64,000 nt of DNA from assembly GCA_964016885.1 (NCBI GenBank), contig OZ024740.1, positions 42,408,001 to 42,472,000 of the forward strand. Reading direction: 5' to 3'. Shown here one piece after another: positions 60,439-64,000 of the stretch. The notes beneath the pieces were generated by a model, which ran no database searches, had not been told where the DNA came from, and worked only from the letters and a program-made list of their open reading frames with translations. Position 1 is the first letter of the stretch. Every line of letters begins with the position of its first letter. Origin of the DNA: Eledone cirrhosa (taxonomy: Eukaryota). The translations under genes and the position numbers were made by a program.

Positions 60439-61210
60439 AAATATAAGTATGTATACGTACATACATATATGTATACAGACGTACAGTAGTATGTATATAT
60501 ATATACATACATGCACACACATATATATATGTACGTATGGATTCACCAAACATGTATTATAATGCTCGGTGTGTTTATAAACAAACATCCCGAATTAAGC
60601 TGTACAGTGTCTAGCAACCATCGTTGTTCATTTGTTCAACACTGACAAAGGAAGGCTGTACTAGTTTCAAGCTTATTAGCTATCGTCAGCAACGTATACC
60701 TTCCTGCCAGATAATTGAACGTCTGAAAGTATATACTTTCCTTATGCATATTAACGGCTGAGCAGCCTAATTTGCATATCGAGTGAGTTAATCGGCCGGG
60801 GCACCGAAAACGATAAACTCACTGGATATGCAAATTAGGCTGCTCAGCCGTTAATATGCATAAGGAAAGTATATACTTTCAGACGTTCAACAATCTGGCA
60901 GGAAGGTATACGTTGCTGACGATAGCTAATAAGCTTGAAACTAGTACAGCGTTCCTTTGTCAGTGTTGAACAAATGAGCAACGATAGTTGCTAGACACTG
61001 TACAGCTTAATTCGGGATGTTTGTTTACAAACACACCGAGCATTATAATACATGTTTGGTGAATCCATACGTACATATATATATGTGTGCATGTATGTAT
61101 ATATATATACATACTACTGTACGTCTGTATACATATATGTATGTATGTATACATACTTATATTTAAGTAAGAGCCGTACTAAGAGTGAGAAATGAAATTT
61201 CGTTTCATTT
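60439..61210. repeat. Fold-back pLTR (arms ~60439-60794 / 60811-61164) with canonical HHR and tail
   Basis: Arms are reverse complements with few mismatches; 16-nt loop. Confidence 0.9.
60911..60951 (+). ncRNA. Canonical minimal type I HHR (mirror copy ~60653-60694, -)
   Basis: cgttg-CTGACGA-t agct aata agct t-GAAA-ctag-TA-cagcg. Confidence 0.82.
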
Positions 61211-62836
61211 TTCCTTTTATATATATATATTTATATATATACACATATTGATTTATATAGGGATATTAGGTTTTTAATCGACTAAAAGGTATATAGTGGA
61301 GCAGATTTGTTGAATGATATTATTAATTGTAATATAAATTCTCTAGCAGAATTATATCTTGAAAATAGTTTGCATATGTTTTCAATGCAAACATATAAAC
61401 AACAGAAATAGTTTGAAACAATGTGAAGAGACAGGACGGGATAAATCGAATCACACTGAAATACACTACAGGCAAAACAGTTTCGTTCATTTTTACATGA
61501 TTATAAAATAACACGAAGAAGAAAAATACTTTTGATTATAAAGTAATACTAGTTTGGATGAAATGCGCAAACTATGTACTCAGTTTTGAATATTGCAAGA
61601 CAACGTTCTCCAACTGAACCAGAAAGAAACCTCCTTAATGTGTATTTCAGTAAAAGTAGTTTATCTTACGCCTGATTATTGAAGGCAATATATCAAACGA
61701 GAATAATTTAAGTGACGTTATCAACCAGATGCTGTATTCAAGGATATAGAAAGATAGCCTGACCGATAAAGTAACTTTAACCGTCCATAGACCTCTTTTT
61801 AATAACATAAGTCTGTAAAATAAGAACAAGTAGTAGATTTTAATGAACTGCTCATCATCTCATATAAAGATGGCGGCAAGATAAATTCTAGGAGAAAGAA
61901 AGAATAAAACATCGTACAATAGATATTATCTAAAATGCCTTACTCTTCTTAAAAGAAGCTTTCTATTCAGAATCGTAAATTAAATTATATTTACTGTTTA
62001 CAACAATGATTATGATGATAATGATGAAGTTTATGATGACAATAGTGATGATCATGATGATGATAACGATGATTATGGTGGGAATGATGGACCACATGAT
62101 CCACACTGGTCTGTCCACTGTATAATATACGCCTTTCTCACATGACTCCACTACTACTTACTATTGAATATGTACAGCGAGTAAGCTAGTGCTTTCACTT
62201 AATTTTCACTTGATATTGTTAAGAGGTGTCTATCGTATCATTAAGTTTATATAAATCTTATCATTCATTCAACTTTTATGTCCTGCCCATTTTACTTTAT
62301 AGTGTTCATGACTATATTCATGAGAAATATTCTACTTTTGTTATTTTTCCGTATATTTATCTGCCAGTTACTATACATAAAATATTAATTATTATGGGTT
62401 ATTTAGGTTATTTAGGTATTCATTACTATTTGTGCTTTTCTTGATGAGATTCAGCAACCATACATAAATGGTAAAAGGAGAAAAAGAAATAAAAGAAAAG
62501 CATAAAGAAATTAACCAACGAAAGAAAGGTAAAGGGCGCTAGAGCGACTGATTTTACGCCTCAGTAAGGGCGGATTGTTTCAGTTGCACAGCGCGAACAA
62601 AATGGCAAAAGCATTGCCGTGAAGAATGGGCAACAATACTCACTGAAACAGCCACACGAGGCATAAGTTAGATAGATAGATCATGTGCGTAACGGAATAC
62701 ATAATGGTGTACGTCTTATTACCCGTTGTCTTAAGTACCACTTGTACGGTACAAAGAAGTGCAGAAGGTAAAATTGGAGAATCGCCCCCACCGCCCAGCC
62801 CCTCTCTCTCTAGCTGTCGAAACGGGTCCTTAATCT

Positions 62837-62918
<82 letters not shown>

Positions 62919-62998
62919 TAATAAAAGGAATCCAAACTTTGTTTGATTCACTCGTTTTAATTACAATCCTTTAAAATTATAATGATATTATAATGAAA

Positions 62999-63993
62999 TA
63001 GTATGGTAGAATATTAAATGTTTAGTGTTAATTGAACAAATACTTTCATGCTTTCGGAATCTTCAGGTTCATATTCAGTGGTGACATCAAGTTTGCAATT
63101 TTCAACTGTAATGAGATGGGTAAAATCTGTGCCTTATGTACAGTAAAAAGGGGCTACAGAATGCTAAGTTTTGCAAACTGTATTTCGACCAATCGGTATG
63201 TAGTTTCACTAGATTACTAAAGCTGATTGGTTTAGGCGTCACGGTTGGTTGAGCATGTCTAACGACTTCTATTTGACCCTATCCAAAGCGTCAATTGTTT
63301 TGCTATTTTTAGAAATGATGAAAATAGCATTTTCTAGGGTTTTTATTAAAGTTTTTCAGTAATCATCAACATCAACATCACTTTTATTATTATTGTTGTT
63401 GTTGTTAGTGGTGGTAGTCGACATGGTCGTAGGAGTAGTCATAGTAGAAGTAATACCTCTCCTCTAAGCATTATTACTGTTCATTTAGGTGAAGGTGGAT
63501 TGGTACTATTGGTAGAGAGTCGGACGCCATGGTTTCCAGCATAGTTACGTCCCTTTACGGTCTGAGTTCAAATCCCGCCGACGTTAACTTTACCATTCAT
63601 CCTTACAGGGTCGATAAAATAAAGTACCAGTAATGTACTGGGTATTTGCTGGCCTTGTGCCAAAAGTAGAAACAATTATTATTGTTCATTTAGCTTGGGT
63701 TGGAATTTATCAATAAAATTCTTTTCTTTAATTTTTCCCTTGATTTCACTTGGGCTGTGTAGTTTGTAGAATGGAAATATTATAAATATTTTCTTTCCAC
63801 ATGTTGCTAGATGGTTACTCAGGGGAATCTGATGAACATTCTGTAGCCCTTTTTACTGTATATAAGGCACAGATTTACCCATCTCATTACAGTTGAAAAT
63901 TGCAAACTTGACTGTCACCACTGAATATGAACCTGAAGATTGCGAAAGCATGAACGTACTTGTTCAATTAACACTTAACATTTACCATACTAT
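62999..63993. repeat. ~160-bp inverted repeats (62999-63163 / 63838-63993) enclosing 670 bp
   Basis: Reverse-complement match; CTGAAGA-ttgc-GAAA remnant. Confidence 0.8.
63492..63682 (+). mobile_element. Near full-length SINE S1
   Basis: TGGTACTATTGG A-box-like; GAGTTCAAATCC B-box; 3' GGCCTTGTGCCAAAAGTAGAAAC-(ATT)n. Confidence 0.85.
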
Positions 63994-64000
63994 CGATTCT

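Overview
Animal genomic DNA, very AT-rich and dense in microsatellites. The SINE repertoire looks like Octopus/cephalopod (inference). I find no convincing host protein-coding gene, and most ORF-track entries are translations of (TA)n/(CA)n/(AAT)n/(TTC)n repeats. 1-12 kb: a retrotransposon pile-up in one (AAT)n microsatellite, with five Tx1/L1-clade insertions (one full length), an R4/Dong-like RLE fragment in the opposite orientation and a SINE. 14-64 kb: dominated by Penelope-like elements (PLEs). These include a near-intact Naiad-type element with a 1.7-kb inverted terminal duplication, a truncated Naiad and a Neptune-like element. There are also about ten fold-back palindromes built from PLE pseudo-LTRs and more than 15 hammerhead-ribozyme (HHR) motifs, some with very long stem II or a CCGA core. 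RTE, CR1 and CRE fragments, hAT and Tc/mariner MITEs and a non-autonomous Helitron are also present. The most unusual signals are the HHR-bearing palindromes with 1-nt centres, a GC-rich hairpin with strand-asymmetric G-U pairs at 30801-30895, a split Tx1 ORF1 shared by both copies, and a 3' end shared between the SINE and Tx1. All structures were paired by eye, not computed.
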